A stretch of DNA of 64,000 nt from contig NW_021832565.1 in NCBI RefSeq assembly GCF_006345805.1, forward strand, positions 1 through 64,000, written 5' to 3'. The translations under genes and the position numbers were made by a program. The notes under the pieces are model-generated. The model did not search any database, was not told the origin of the DNA, and saw only the letters and a list, made by a program, of their open reading frames with translations. The stretch comes from Octopus sinensis. Lineage: Eukaryota. How positions within the stretch are numbered: position 1 is the first letter of the stretch; every line of letters starts with the position of its first letter. Of this stretch, positions 36,976-49,210 are shown piece by piece.

Positions 36976-38099
36976 GTGCTGGATTGCTTCGAAATCCAGT
37001 TTGTTTCACACTTTCTGGGGCCTATAGTTGGGAGCAGTAGTCCAAGTGGCTGAGAATGAAAGTCCTCCATAAGAGTAGCAGGGCCTCTCTTGTCCTGGTT
37101 CTAAATGTCCTCAGAATCCAGTCAGTCACTCACCTGCACAGTGCTGTCATCTTGGTAATATGCACATGGAGTGTTGCATTATAGCTCATGAGAACCCACT
37201 CTGGGATCATATTACCTGACTCTGACTCTGGGATCGTATTACCTTCCGATCCAGTGTATTCCGATTTTAGCTATGGTGCTGAACCAATAGTGAAGTACCT
37301 GAAATTTCATTGCATTGAACTGCATGTTATTTTGTTAGCCCATTTGTTGATTTCGTTCAGGTCTTTCTGCAGTTTTAGGATGTCCTCTGGATTCCTAACT
37401 GCCTGTGATACTTTTGTGTCGTCAGCATTACTGGTCAGATTGGTTGACTGTACCATGGAGAGCATGTCTGAGAGAGTCACCACAAATAATTGTGGCCCCA
37501 GTACAGTTCTCTGTGGGACTCCACTGAGAATTGGTGTCTCTTTAGAGTGAGTACTATTGGCTACAACTGTCTGACTCCTGCCTTTCAGAAAGTCATGCAG
37601 CCACCCTCCCAGTTTCCCAGTAATACCAAGGGTTTGCATCTTGTGACATATCATGCCATGATCAACCTTGTTGAAGGCCTTGGCAAAGTCAAGGTATATC
37701 ACATCTACAGCTGACTGGTTTAGCTGTTGTTTCAGTACCCAGTCAAGGTGCTGCAGCAGCTGTGTGAGGCAGCTCCTCCCTGGATGGAAGCCATGTTGTG
37801 TGTTTGTGAGTAGGTTGTTTCCTCCTAGGAACATGATCAGCTTTATTCTAACAATGCATTCCATTGTCTTGCTAACATGTGAAGTCGGAGAGATGGGCCT
37901 GTTTTTAGCATCTGCTCTGCTCCTTCCTTTACGGACAGGGCAAACTATAGCCTCTTTTAGCATGCTGGGAAGTTTACCACATGCAAGGAAAGTCTGAAAG
38001 AGTATCTGCAGTGGCTTTGCAAGAGCCTTTTTATATATCTTTAAGAGAACAGCTGGGAGTCCCTCTGGGCCCATTGCTGAGTTTGATCACATCTCATCA

Positions 38100-38100
<1 letters not shown>
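36975..38100 (-). mobile_element. Decayed CR1-type LINE reverse-transcriptase region
   Basis: RPISPTSHVSK, QHGFHPGRSC, VDVIYLDFAKAFNKV, SGVPQRTVLGP, NADDTK (YADD mutated). Downstream LWRTFILSHLDYCSQL resembles the 9778-10404 copy. Confidence 0.95.
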
Positions 38101-38129
<29 letters not shown>

Positions 38130-38133
<4 letters not shown>

Positions 38134-38335
38134 GTGTGTGTGTCTTTGTCTCTGTGTTTGTTTGTCCCCTCCACTACTTGACAACTAGTGCTGGTGTGTT
38201 TATGTCCCATAACTTAGTGGTTTGGCAAAGAGACCGATAGGGTGAGTACCAAGCTTTAGAAACATAAGTACTGGGGTCAATAAATTCAACTGAAATTTCA
38301 AGGTAGTGCCTCAGGACTGAAATGAGTAAAAGATA
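38130..38335 (+). mobile_element. SINE family A, 3' half
   Basis: ttgacaactagtgctggtgtg..ggactgaaatgagtaaaag. Confidence 0.75.
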
Positions 38336-38399
38336 TACCTATACATACAAACATACATACATACATACATACAACATACATACATACAACATACATACC

Positions 38400-38431
<32 letters not shown>

Positions 38432-39905
38432 CATACATACATACATACATACAAATATATATATACATATATACAGAGAGAGAGAGACAGAGAGAAGGGA
38501 GAGAGATTTTCTACATATGTCTGTGTATGCATCATCATCATCATCTGTGTATTAATAATATCATAATTGTATTAGTCATATATAATTATTTGGCAAGTGG
38601 TTTGCCAAGCAACTTTTGTTTTTCAAAGTTTTAATTCTTTTACTTTGTCTCCACAACCAGGACCAATTTGATGAAGTAATTTATTACTTTGCCATTAAAA
38701 TAAGTAAATTTAATGAATTAGGGAATTAAACTTTCTAATTGTCCTTTGATGGTGCAGAAGTAAATTGTCTAGGCATGTCTTTCGATACTGAGTAATGGAT
38801 TGAAGTATTTCAACCAACAATTCTCAATGCCGGAAGACATAAATCAATGGCAAATTAAATTGACCAGTACAACAAATAATAAGAAATGTAATCTTGCTTT
38901 GACCATTTCTGTTAGATAACAAGATGCTCTAAATATATTTTAACATATTGGAAAACACAAACATCGCAAGGAGTGAAGGCTGGAATTATAATTCCTTTGA
39001 TTGACTACTCTGCTGTTTCAATCAATCTTAATTAGGTATAAGAGAAAATGTGTCGTAATTTGATTGTATTATACATCATTTAAATTCTAATTGCTTTCTC
39101 CTGCTTAGATAACGCTATGGATGAGCTAAATAGTTAAGGTTTTTCTATTTTGGCTCCAAGATTCTGCCAATGACAGATGCTGCAACTGGAGTTGTTTAGG
39201 CCCTAGCCAATGAGGCAAACTCAGAGAATTGCTTATTATCTTTTCATTAGCTTTTAACCATGTTTCTGGCAATGATGTTCAACTTCCAATGTTCCAATGT
39301 TCCTGTACACCAGTTGTAAAATAAGTACCATGGGTATGTACATTTCCCTGTTTTTTGGCAGGCAGCTGTTGGCATTGTTTTCCTAATGAATGTTCATTAG
39401 CTTTCGCAGTGCAGTGCTGTAATTGAATTCTTCATCAGAATTCATCAGTTTGTATTGCATTAAATTTCAGTGTAATGAGAATGATATTAAATTTTGCAAA
39501 TAAGATATGTTATTATTTCACCTCACATATACTTACACCTGTTGTAAATAGATCTTCTAGAAGTTAACTGAACCACTACTTTGTTGTTATGTCAAGTAAG
39601 CTCAACTGTAGGACTGAGGGTCATTTTAGCTTGGAAGATAACCCCTAGTATGATGCACACAAATATAAATAATAATAATAATGAAATTATTGTATACAGT
39701 GCCAGACGTCAAGAGTTTCAATGTATATATATTCGAAGATTTTATTTACCTAGTTACAGTGGAATACATCCACTTGTTTTCAATAATAGAAATATTAAAA
39801 TTACTAAGTCTCTCTAAAGGAGATTACGGCAGCGTTACTGGATATTAATAGTTATCGCCATACTAATATGGCAGTCTATAAATATAAGACTAAAGCTGTC
39901 ACTGA

Positions 39906-40017
39906 TTAGCTCCAAGAGGCCATCGCCTCTAGCTAGCTATATGACACACGAAGGTTGTAATGGACGCAGGTTCGTGTGTCATATAGCTAGCTAGAGGCGA
40001 TGGCCTCTTGGAGCTAA
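39906..40017. repeat. Perfect 47-bp inverted repeat with 18-nt spacer
   Basis: 39906-39952 is the exact reverse complement of 39971-40017. Confidence 0.98.
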
Positions 40018-40029
40018 ACGATGATGATG

Positions 40030-40690
40030 AATGCTCAGGTGCACCACACTTGTCAAAAGTGCATATAAAGCATATGCAGTAATGTACAAATGTCCGGGAA
40101 GTGAACGGTGTATGAGTCAGATACATGCTTCCGTGTGTATGGAGGGGAGAAAATCAGGTGTAGTGTTGGCAAATCCCAGGAAGCATGGAAGTTTTGAAGG
40201 AAGCAGTACTCTGATAACTAAAACTGATGCCGGCAGTTTGTTCCATACTTCAGCAAACAACTTAATGTGAAAAAATGTTTCCAAAAGTCATGGGAGCTGT
40301 GCTGTTTTCTGACTTTGTAAACATGTCCACAGGTATTAGACAGATGGAGTTTGAAAAGGTGCTCAGAGTTATTGTTAGTAAGATGGTTAATAATTTTATG
40401 GGTGTCTGCCAAGTCAGCTGCCAGATGTCAGAGTTTCAATGTATCCATGCCCAGGGAAATAAGGCATTCAGAATAAGGCAAATGCCTGATGGAGAGTATT
40501 CTCTTGGTTGCACGTCGCTGAACAGTTTCCAGACAATTAATATCCTGGGCAAGATAGGGGTTCCAGACCGGTGATGCAAATTCCAGGTGAGACCGCACTA
40601 TAGCTATATAAAGCCTCAGATAGATTGCCGGAGAGTGGCTCACAAAGGACTTGGTAAGTGATGCCAAGACATATCTGTTCATTCAGTTGG
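40030..40690 (-). mobile_element. CR1/L2-type LINE 3' fragment, second family
   Basis: LYIAIVRSHLEFASPVWNPYL..LETVQRRATKRI and, after a frameshift, HKIINHL..GHVYKV..HFFTL..WNKLP. Confidence 0.9.
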
Positions 40691-40814
40691 AAAGCCAGTA
40701 GTATTTAGCTATTTGTCTATATGTGGCAATATAAAATGGATATTTAATAAAAACACTAGTAAATTTGAACGGAAGCAGAGCTACTAACAGAGGTTTTGTT
40801 TTATTTACCATACT

Positions 40815-41292
40815 GGCTGCAGGTGTGGCTGTGCAGTAAGAAGTTTTCTTCCCAGCATCATGGTTCTGAGTTCAGCCCTATTGTGTGACACCTCGGGTAA
40901 GGGTCTTATATTATAGCCTCAACTGACAAAAGGCTTGTGAGTAGATATGGTAGACAAAAACTGAAAGAAGCCCTTCGTATACATATATGTATGTATGTAT
41001 ATATGTATGTATGCATGTATGTATGTATACATTCATGTATATATGTATGTGCATGTATGTGCATGTATGCACATGCGTGTGTGTGTCTTTGTGTATGTTT
41101 GTCTCCCACCACTGCTTGACAACCGGTGTTGGATTGTTTACATTCCAATAACTAAGCAGTTCAGCACAAGAGTCTGATAGAATAAGTACCAGGCTTAAAA
41201 AAATAAGTACTGGGGTCAATTCATTCATCTAAAATTCTTCAAAGCAGTGCCCCAGCATGGCCACAGTCTAATGACTAAAACAAGTAAAAGCT
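40815..41292 (+). mobile_element. SINE family A
   Basis: Diverged full-length copy with an expanded internal microsatellite. Confidence 0.85.
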
Positions 41293-41467
41293 AAAAGATG
41301 TTCAGGACAAGTGAGATTAATGGAATCAGTCCATCTTCAAGCTTTTCCCTAGAGATGGAAATTACAAAAACCAAGAATACAATTTCGATCACAACCATGT
41401 CACAACTACAAATTACAGTGTATAATTCTGTTTCTGGCACCTATTGGAAAAATCGGTTGCCATTTAA

Positions 41468-41674
41468 CCCTTTAACACATAAACCACTCATATCTGGCCC
41501 AAATATTCTACCTGTTTTATGTTCAAATTGGCCCAGATCCTACCTCTCACAACTATCCCTACAATGCCATTCTAAAAATAAGCAATAAGCAATAACAGGA
41601 GATAATGCAGGATTAATTCAAAACAATGTGAATAAATAGGCACTACATTTCACAATAACATGAATGCTAAGGAG
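41468..41674. mobile_element. piggyBac-like MITE
   Basis: TTAA|ccctttaac...aatgctaaggag|TTAA. Confidence 0.78.
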
Positions 41675-42310
41675 TTAAACATGGTCCTGTATTTTATAGG
41701 AAAGTTGAACAGGTATTTTATAGAAAGGTTGAAATTCATGCCTCCCCTAAGGGTTTTTTTACTAATCAATTAGTCAGAGGAGAAAATGCAGTATCCAAGA
41801 CTCTTTTCAGGATTTCTATATTGTTGAGGCAATGGGCTTTGTAACCCTCAGATTACAAACCTAATGCAAATGCTTGCAGTTGAATAGACTCCACTAAAGC
41901 CAACCAAAGACTACATCTATAAAGCAGCATTAACAGAATAAAATGGCTTCAGCCAAGGATTGAAATTATATTGTGATCTCAACTTGCAGGGAGTTTACTT
42001 GTTCTTCTCCACATCTCTCTCTACATTCTTTTATTTAATATGAAATAGAGAGCTGCTGCTATTAGCACAAGCACTGGACTATCCAAAATAGCAGGATCTT
42101 TCTAAACACACATTTCTTTGACTGTATTCCTTCTCAAGTTAGGCCTGGTCCTTTGTGCCTGAAATATAAAGGTTTTCATAAAGCTTCCTGCATTGTTAGA
42201 AACTTTCCTTATTTATCAGTTCATTCATTATTCTACTTTAATATATTTCATTTTGGTTAAGTATTTGAACCTGTAATTTAGGGAGTAATGTCTCACAACA
42301 TCTCTTTTAA

Positions 42311-42574
42311 CCCTTTAGCATTTAAAACAGCCATATCTGGCCAAAATACTCTACCTGTTTTATGTAGAAATTTGGCCAGATATAGCCTCTCACACCAACT
42401 CTATAATGTCATTCTAAAAATTAACATCTACCTCATGAAAATCTCAATGTTACAAGATAATGCAAATGTTTGCAATGATTAATTAAAAATAATATGAATA
42501 GGAGTGGCTGTGTGGTAAGTAGCTTACTTATGAACCACATGGTTATGGGTTCAGTCCCACTGTTAAGCCCGTCG

Positions 42575-42608
<34 letters not shown>

Positions 42609-42819
42609 TGTTGAATTAAAAAATATGTATATGTATGTATGTGTGTGTGTATGTTTGTGTCTGTGTTTGTCTGCCAACATCGCTTGACAACCGAATAAGT
42701 CCAGGGGTCGATTCACTTGACTAAAGGTGTTGCTCCAGCATGGCCACAGTCAAATGACTGAAACAAGTAAAAGAGTAAACTAGCATTACCTTTGACAGAA
42801 TAATCTGAATGCTAAAGGG
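42311..42819. mobile_element. piggyBac-like MITE with a nested SINE A (~42498-42780, +)
   Basis: TTAA|ccctttagcatt...aatgctaaaggg|TTAA; the interior is interrupted by SINE A. Confidence 0.88.
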
Positions 42820-43151
42820 TTAATATTTCGTAAAATACCAAACTATACTTTCAAATTAAAAGTAACTGTAAAATTGGAAGTTTAACCTTTGAAAGACTAT
42901 ATACTCTATAAGTTCCTATTATTTTTTGAATTAATCAAGAATTTCGATGTGTAAAATATTTCACTTCTCCATTCATTTCCTCATGCAGCTGATATTTTGA
43001 ACAGGATTTCATAAAAGGTTCTGACATAGAATTAAGATAAAAAGATTTATATCAAAGATTCATATGCAGTTATAGATGGATGGGTATCAAAAATGTTGAT
43101 ATGTGGGTGAGTGGGAAACACTGTAGAACATGAAGTAACTAGTAGTAGTAG

Positions 43152-43472
43152 GAGCACTCCATCGGTTACGACGATGAGGGTCCCAGCTGATACGATCAAT
43201 GGAACAGCTTGCTCGTGGAATTAACGTGCAAGTGGCTGAGCATTCCACAGACACGTGTACCCTTAACGTAGTTCTTGAGGAGATTCAGCATGACACAGAG
43301 TGTGGCAAGGCTGGCCCTTTGAAATACAGGTACAACAGAAACAGGAAGAAAGAGTGAGAGAAAGTTGTGGTGAAAGAGTACAGCAGGGTTCACCACCACC
43401 CCCTGCAGGAGCCTTGTGAAGCTTTAGGTGTTTTTGCTCAATAAACACTCACAATGCCCGGTCTGGGAATCA
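43152..43472 (-). mobile_element. SINE family D, head truncated
   Basis: Reverse complement of the 23510 body and tail. Confidence 0.88.
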
Positions 43473-43654
43473 AAACAAACATGAAGTAACTACACTGCCA
43501 TGGATAGTCTAGTTCAGTTATACTTTCAACCATTTTTTATTTATTGATCTCTTTCATTACTTTTTCTATTCTGGTGGACCCCCATAGCCATTCAATGTGT
43601 AAAAACTGGTTTTATAAATGCTCCTTCCAAAATTCCTATTTTGTTTTTCACATA

Positions 43655-44005
43655 GGAGTGGTTGTGTGGTATGTAGCTTGCTTACGAACTATATGGTTCC
43701 GGGTTCAGTCCCACTGTGTGGTACCTTGGGCAAGTCTCTTCTACTATAGCCTCGGGCTGACCAAAGCTTTGTGAGTGGATTAGGTAAACGGAAACTGAAA
43801 GAAGCCTGTCGTGTATATGTATGTGTGTGTATATGCTTGTGTATCTGTTTGTCTCCCCAACATCGATTGCCAACCGATGCTGGTGTGTTTACGTCCCAAT
43901 AGAATAAGTTCTAGGCTTACAAAGAATAAGTCCTGGGATTGATTTGCTTGACTAAAGGCAGTGCTCCAGCATGGCCACAGTGAAATGACTGAAACAAGTA
44001 AAGAG
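43655..44005 (+). mobile_element. SINE family A within a decayed MITE-like repeat (~43565-44215)
   Basis: Head and tail match family A; flanks share ggaccc/tgtagatcc motifs with 58820-59500. Confidence 0.82.
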
Positions 44006-45910
44006 TTTGGTAACTTGTGTAAGTTGTACTATGCAAAACATTTGAGAAAGAAACCTTTTTCCTACAATAAATGCATTTAAAGTAATATTTTTTTTCATGG
44101 ACCATTATAATACTGCTGTAGATCCCTAATTTACTATTTCATTTGTGTGGACCCCATAAAGTTTTACACGGATGCTCATGGGTCATATGGACTCCAGTCG
44201 AGAACTACTGGTCTAGTTGAACACACACGCAACTATAACTACCACTTATAATATATAATTGTATTTTCTCCAAGATTGTTATTTTCTAAATTTTTTTCCA
44301 ATAATGCCATAGGAGAAGAACATACTAAAATACCATGTAAGTCATTTTCTCTAATTAGTACTGAATAAAAAGCTCTGAATCTGTTTTCTGAAAACATTTT
44401 GCAGACTTAGAAAATTACTTTATTTATCCATTCATTGCTATGATTTACTGTTTGGTTAAGCATCATCTGGTATAGAATAACATAGTTGTTGTTTTCTCAT
44501 AGTAAATAAATATTCAATGCTGATGGAAACGGGTTAGTATATTGGGTGTTGAAAAAGCAAAACAAAGCAAAAAAAAAAAAAAAAATTACGAGCAGCAAAA
44601 GAATACTAGCAAGATACCCTGAGGGAAGAGAGGAATTAGATTATACTTCCCTTGGCTGTATTTTTTCGAAATCCATCTTCATATTATTGCCATATTCTAC
44701 AGGAATCAGTTTGTTTTATTGATAATTTCTAGATTAATTCTCTCTCTCTCTGCTATCTATCTCAACCTACTCATTGACTTTTACTGATGAATATCAGTTT
44801 TTATTCTCACTAGCAAAGCTCAGTCACATAAACTCCAACTCTATTATTATTCCCTCTCTACTGATAGATTGATAACATTCATTATACACAGAGAAAGATT
44901 TCTTCCTATTTAAAAAAATAAAAACTAATAAAATAATGAATAATGCGAGTGCTGATTGCTGTATATCTTATTAAGATTTATGTTGAGTGCTGGAGTTGAT
45001 ATTAGCGTTGTTTTACTTGTTTTTATTTTTTATCAGTTTTTTTTTTGTTTTTTTTTTTGCAGATGGTGGTGGCAGCATTTTTTGATATAGTGATGGTGGT
45101 ATCAGTGATGGCATTGGTGTTGGTGGGAGGTGTGGTGTTAGTGATAGTGGCTACCATTAAAATCTGTATTCATCTTAGGACACAGAAGTTTCAACCTATT
45201 TAGCCTGTGGAAGATCAATGGTCCATAACATGAAGTCAGACTCCACAAAAACAGATCACAGTGATTAGAGGAATGGCCAAAACAGTAATGAATTCCACCA
45301 GTGAATCACAGTCTGGACTCAATGGAGATTAGGTTCTGAAACACAGTGAATGATTACGGCCAGATGGACTAGGGTGAAGTGCCAGAATACTTTAAGAGGA
45401 ATATGAAAGAAAAGACAGATGGATATGGAGATAGATACATAGCTAGAGTCAGTGAGAGAGAGAGAGAGAGGGGGAGAGAGAGGGAGGGAGAGAGGTAGAG
45501 AGAGAGAGGGGGAGAGAGAGAGGGAGGGAGAGAGGGAGAGAGTGAGGAGAGAGAGAGATTCAGAATGAGAAGATAAAGATCTATTCTCTTTTTACTAACT
45601 TCTACAGATATTCTTCTAATACTACCAGCATGATTAGTTGACAGGCAGGCTGATAAGTTGCCACCAGAATTAGATAGCTACCATTGGATATTACTCATAT
45701 TATAGTAAAGCAAAGCAAAAAAAAAAAAAAAAAAAAGAAATAGGAAAGAAAAGAAGACAGAGTCTAAAACGATAAATATATTTGCAACGTTGTTGTATAT
45801 ATCACAACTTGTATGACCTGATAAACATTCGAAAAAGAACTGTAGAAAAATATGCATAATATGCATACATGTGCATATGTGAGTGTATGCATCCATATAT
45901 ATACCTATAT

Positions 45911-45957
<47 letters not shown>

Positions 45958-46267
45958 GCATACATATATGTATTTATATATGCATGTATGTATGTATGTA
46001 TGTATGTATGTATGTATGTATGTGTGTGTATATGTATGTATGTATCTATGTGTTAATAAATGCATATGCACCAATATGATACTAATATGCTAATATGTAA
46101 ATATGTCTCTGCATGTATGCAAGTAACAGCTTAGCCAAACATAGCAAGATAAATGTGCATATGTGCATACACACACACGTGCACATACATTTGTATGCAG
46201 ATGTGTGTATGTGAATGTGTGCACGTATGTATATGCGTGTGTATGTGAATATATATATATATTTTTT

Positions 46268-46324
<57 letters not shown>

Positions 46325-46737
46325 TTGTGCATACACACACATGCACACACTCACACACTGATATTTATATACACATACTTATAATTATATATCCATATGC
46401 ATACATCATCAGCAATGGTATTTTAACATTCTATTTTCCATACTGGTATAGATGAGATGGGACTTTTTGAAGCATTGTTTTATTGCCATATGTATTTCCT
46501 GATGCCCAACTTTTTACATGCTGCTTATGAATTGCTAGTTTACAGTGTACTGTAGTTATTCTGAAAATTCAAGTCACATACATTTACATATTTAGAGATA
46601 TAATACTCAGAGAGAGAACTTTTAAAACAGTGGTTCCTAACCAATTCACTACCAAGGGCCCCTTTTATTTAAATGAGTTTTCACACAGACCCCAGGATAT
46701 TCTTATCCTTATGTGTATGTGTATATGTAATTATATA

Positions 46738-46892
46738 TCATCATCATCATCATCCTCATCATTTAAAGTCTGTTGTCCATGCTGGCAAAGGTTGGACAGT
46801 TTGATTGGGTTGGCATGTTGGAAGGCTGTGGCTGGCTCCAGTCAGATTTGGCTTGGTTTTCTATGGCTGGATGACCTTCCTAATGCCAACCA
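46738..46892 (-). mobile_element. SINE family B, 3' part
   Basis: (CAT)n..tccatgctggc..ggatgaccttcctaatgccaacc. Confidence 0.75.
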
Positions 46893-47722
46893 CATCTTCT
46901 CTTTTTAACGTCCATGCAGGAAAAGAAAGATCGTCACGTGAGGAAAACAAAGATAGACAATGGTCATATGTGAGCAATGAGAGAAAGAGAGAAAACGTGT
47001 CCCTCCTTCACTGTTTTCTATCTGTCTGTTTGTCTGTCTGTCTCTCTCTCTCTGCCACCCATCTCTCTCTCTCTGCCACCCATCTCTCTCTCTCTCTCTC
47101 TCTCTCTCCTTGCTCACACATGACCATCGTCCATCTTTCCTTTCCTCACATGACCGTCTTTCTTTTCCTGCACCAATATTTAAAAGAGCAGAAGTGCTTT
47201 TTTCTCTCTCTCTTCTATCATTTCTCTTTTCAAAAATAAATGTTTTTCCCAACATTCACTATTTTCCTCTCATTCTGGTCCAACAACCCTCTGTGTTTGT
47301 TTTCACTTGGTTTCCTTGTATGTCTCAACTGTCATGATTTTGTTCCCAACTTTGACCCTCCATAAATCCTAAATTTTATTTTAGAATTTATGGGAGCAAC
47401 TGTCTTTGAAAACTCATATTGTCATTGAATACTTGAAATGAGGAGTAGATAGACAGCTGACAACAGATGAAGGGTCATTTCTCTGTGTTTATTTGACCTG
47501 TTTTCCATTTTTTCTCGTTGTTTACGTATTTAACTCATTTGTTTACATAATCATGTTATTTGCACCAATGGTGACGTCTTGCACCCATATATATATATAT
47601 ATCCTTTAATCAACAGAGAGTAGCTCCCAGAGGAAGCTTGTCTTGAATTATTCTCTTATTGCCTGGAGGACTATGATGAACAAGTGGAAGTTGAGTACCG
47701 ATCCTTTGTATATATATACAAC

Positions 47723-48058
47723 TTATAAACAAGGGCAAAAGAAAAATTATTTCCATGCCGATATGCTGATAACAGACTTTAAATCGTCAATTTCCACATT
47801 TCATTATACATTTACTATAAATATTTATTTCTTATCGTATTTTCTACTGAAGAGGGAAGAATTCATAAGATTAATCCCAAAATTGATTCAATATAGAAAT
47901 AATGAACTTTTTAAAAAAATTCTGTTGGCTAGCTTTCCTTGATTTCAGCACGACGTGTATCTATAGTGAGTGTATAATGAAATGTGGAAATTGACGGTTT
48001 AAAGTCTGTTATCAGCATATTGGCATGGAAATAATTTTTCTTTTGCCCTTGTTTATAA
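47723..48058. mobile_element. Foldback/MITE-like element with 97-bp inverted repeats
   Basis: 47723-47819 vs 47962-48058, 4 mismatches, 142-bp spacer. Confidence 0.85.
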
Positions 48059-48161
48059 TTTTAACCTTTACAGGTATTTTTATATGCTGCCACTTTTGAT
48101 GAAATATTTTTCGGAAAAAAAAAAATTTCATCTTATATTAGTAGTAGTAGTAGTAGTAGTA

Positions 48162-48220
<59 letters not shown>

Positions 48221-48487
48221 GTATTATGAGAATTTATAGAACAAATATCCTATAGAAACTCAACAAACTGTTAAAGAATAGAAGAAAAGATGTTAAAAAT
48301 TTGAAAAGCACACACACACACATTCACATATGTTGAAGAGCGTACGCTTGAAATGTAAAAGAACTTGTTCATTTTCCTGAGCATCAAAGTGATACATCTG
48401 CTTGTTGTTCATACAACTGTCTTCGTCTTTTGTTTCTCTATAAATTTCAACTATGAAATATATATATATATATATACACTTTATATA

Positions 48488-49210
48488 TTTTTTTGCTGAA
48501 CACTAATTATATAAAGTAATGTTTATATTTACCGTAAATGGTCCTTTTACATACTGAACACTGCTTGGTAAAATTATTAATTACTAATTAATTAATTAAT
48601 TTTACCCTTATTATTATTGACAATATAATTCTCTTCCTGATAATAAACTACAAATTCCTCTGTAGGAATTTGTTACTCTATAACTCACGTGGGTGGACAG
48701 GGGTAGATGCAGAGCCTCATTCGTATGTTTTGAATTCGTTGGTACTGGATGTCGAGGGTGGTTTGTCTGAGGTTACTCAAATCAGACGGGTATGTTCGAT
48801 TTTTAGTGCTCTCAAATTTAAATTTAATGAAATCTTGTGCTGATGATGGGAATGTTAGAATAGGTATGTATTTCTAGCATCTCTATATCTGACTAACTCA
48901 GAAACGCGTTCACAAGTAATCTATTTTTCGAGTGAACTTTCGTTATTTTTCCCTCTATGCCTACGTGAATTGTTTTTGAGCATACATTGTCTGGGAGACT
49001 CTTTTTATAGTAGTGGAAATAGCTAAATTCTTTGGTTACTATTTCTAAAAGTTCGGTGTGTGGTAAAGCAATTTTTTTGCTGAACCCTAATTATATAAAG
49101 TAATGTTTATATTTACTGTAAATGGTCCTTTTATATACTGAACACTGCTTGGTAAAATTATTAATACTAATTAATTAATTAATTTTACCCTTATTATTAT
49201 TGACTATATA
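48488..49210. repeat. ~139-bp direct repeats flanking a ~445-bp core
   Basis: 48488-48626 vs 49072-49210, near-identical. Confidence 0.88.

Noticed and set aside
37307-38074. 255-aa RT ORF as an active enzyme or host gene
   Set aside because: YADD reads NADD, other conserved residues are changed, and the frame breaks on both sides: a dead CR1 copy.
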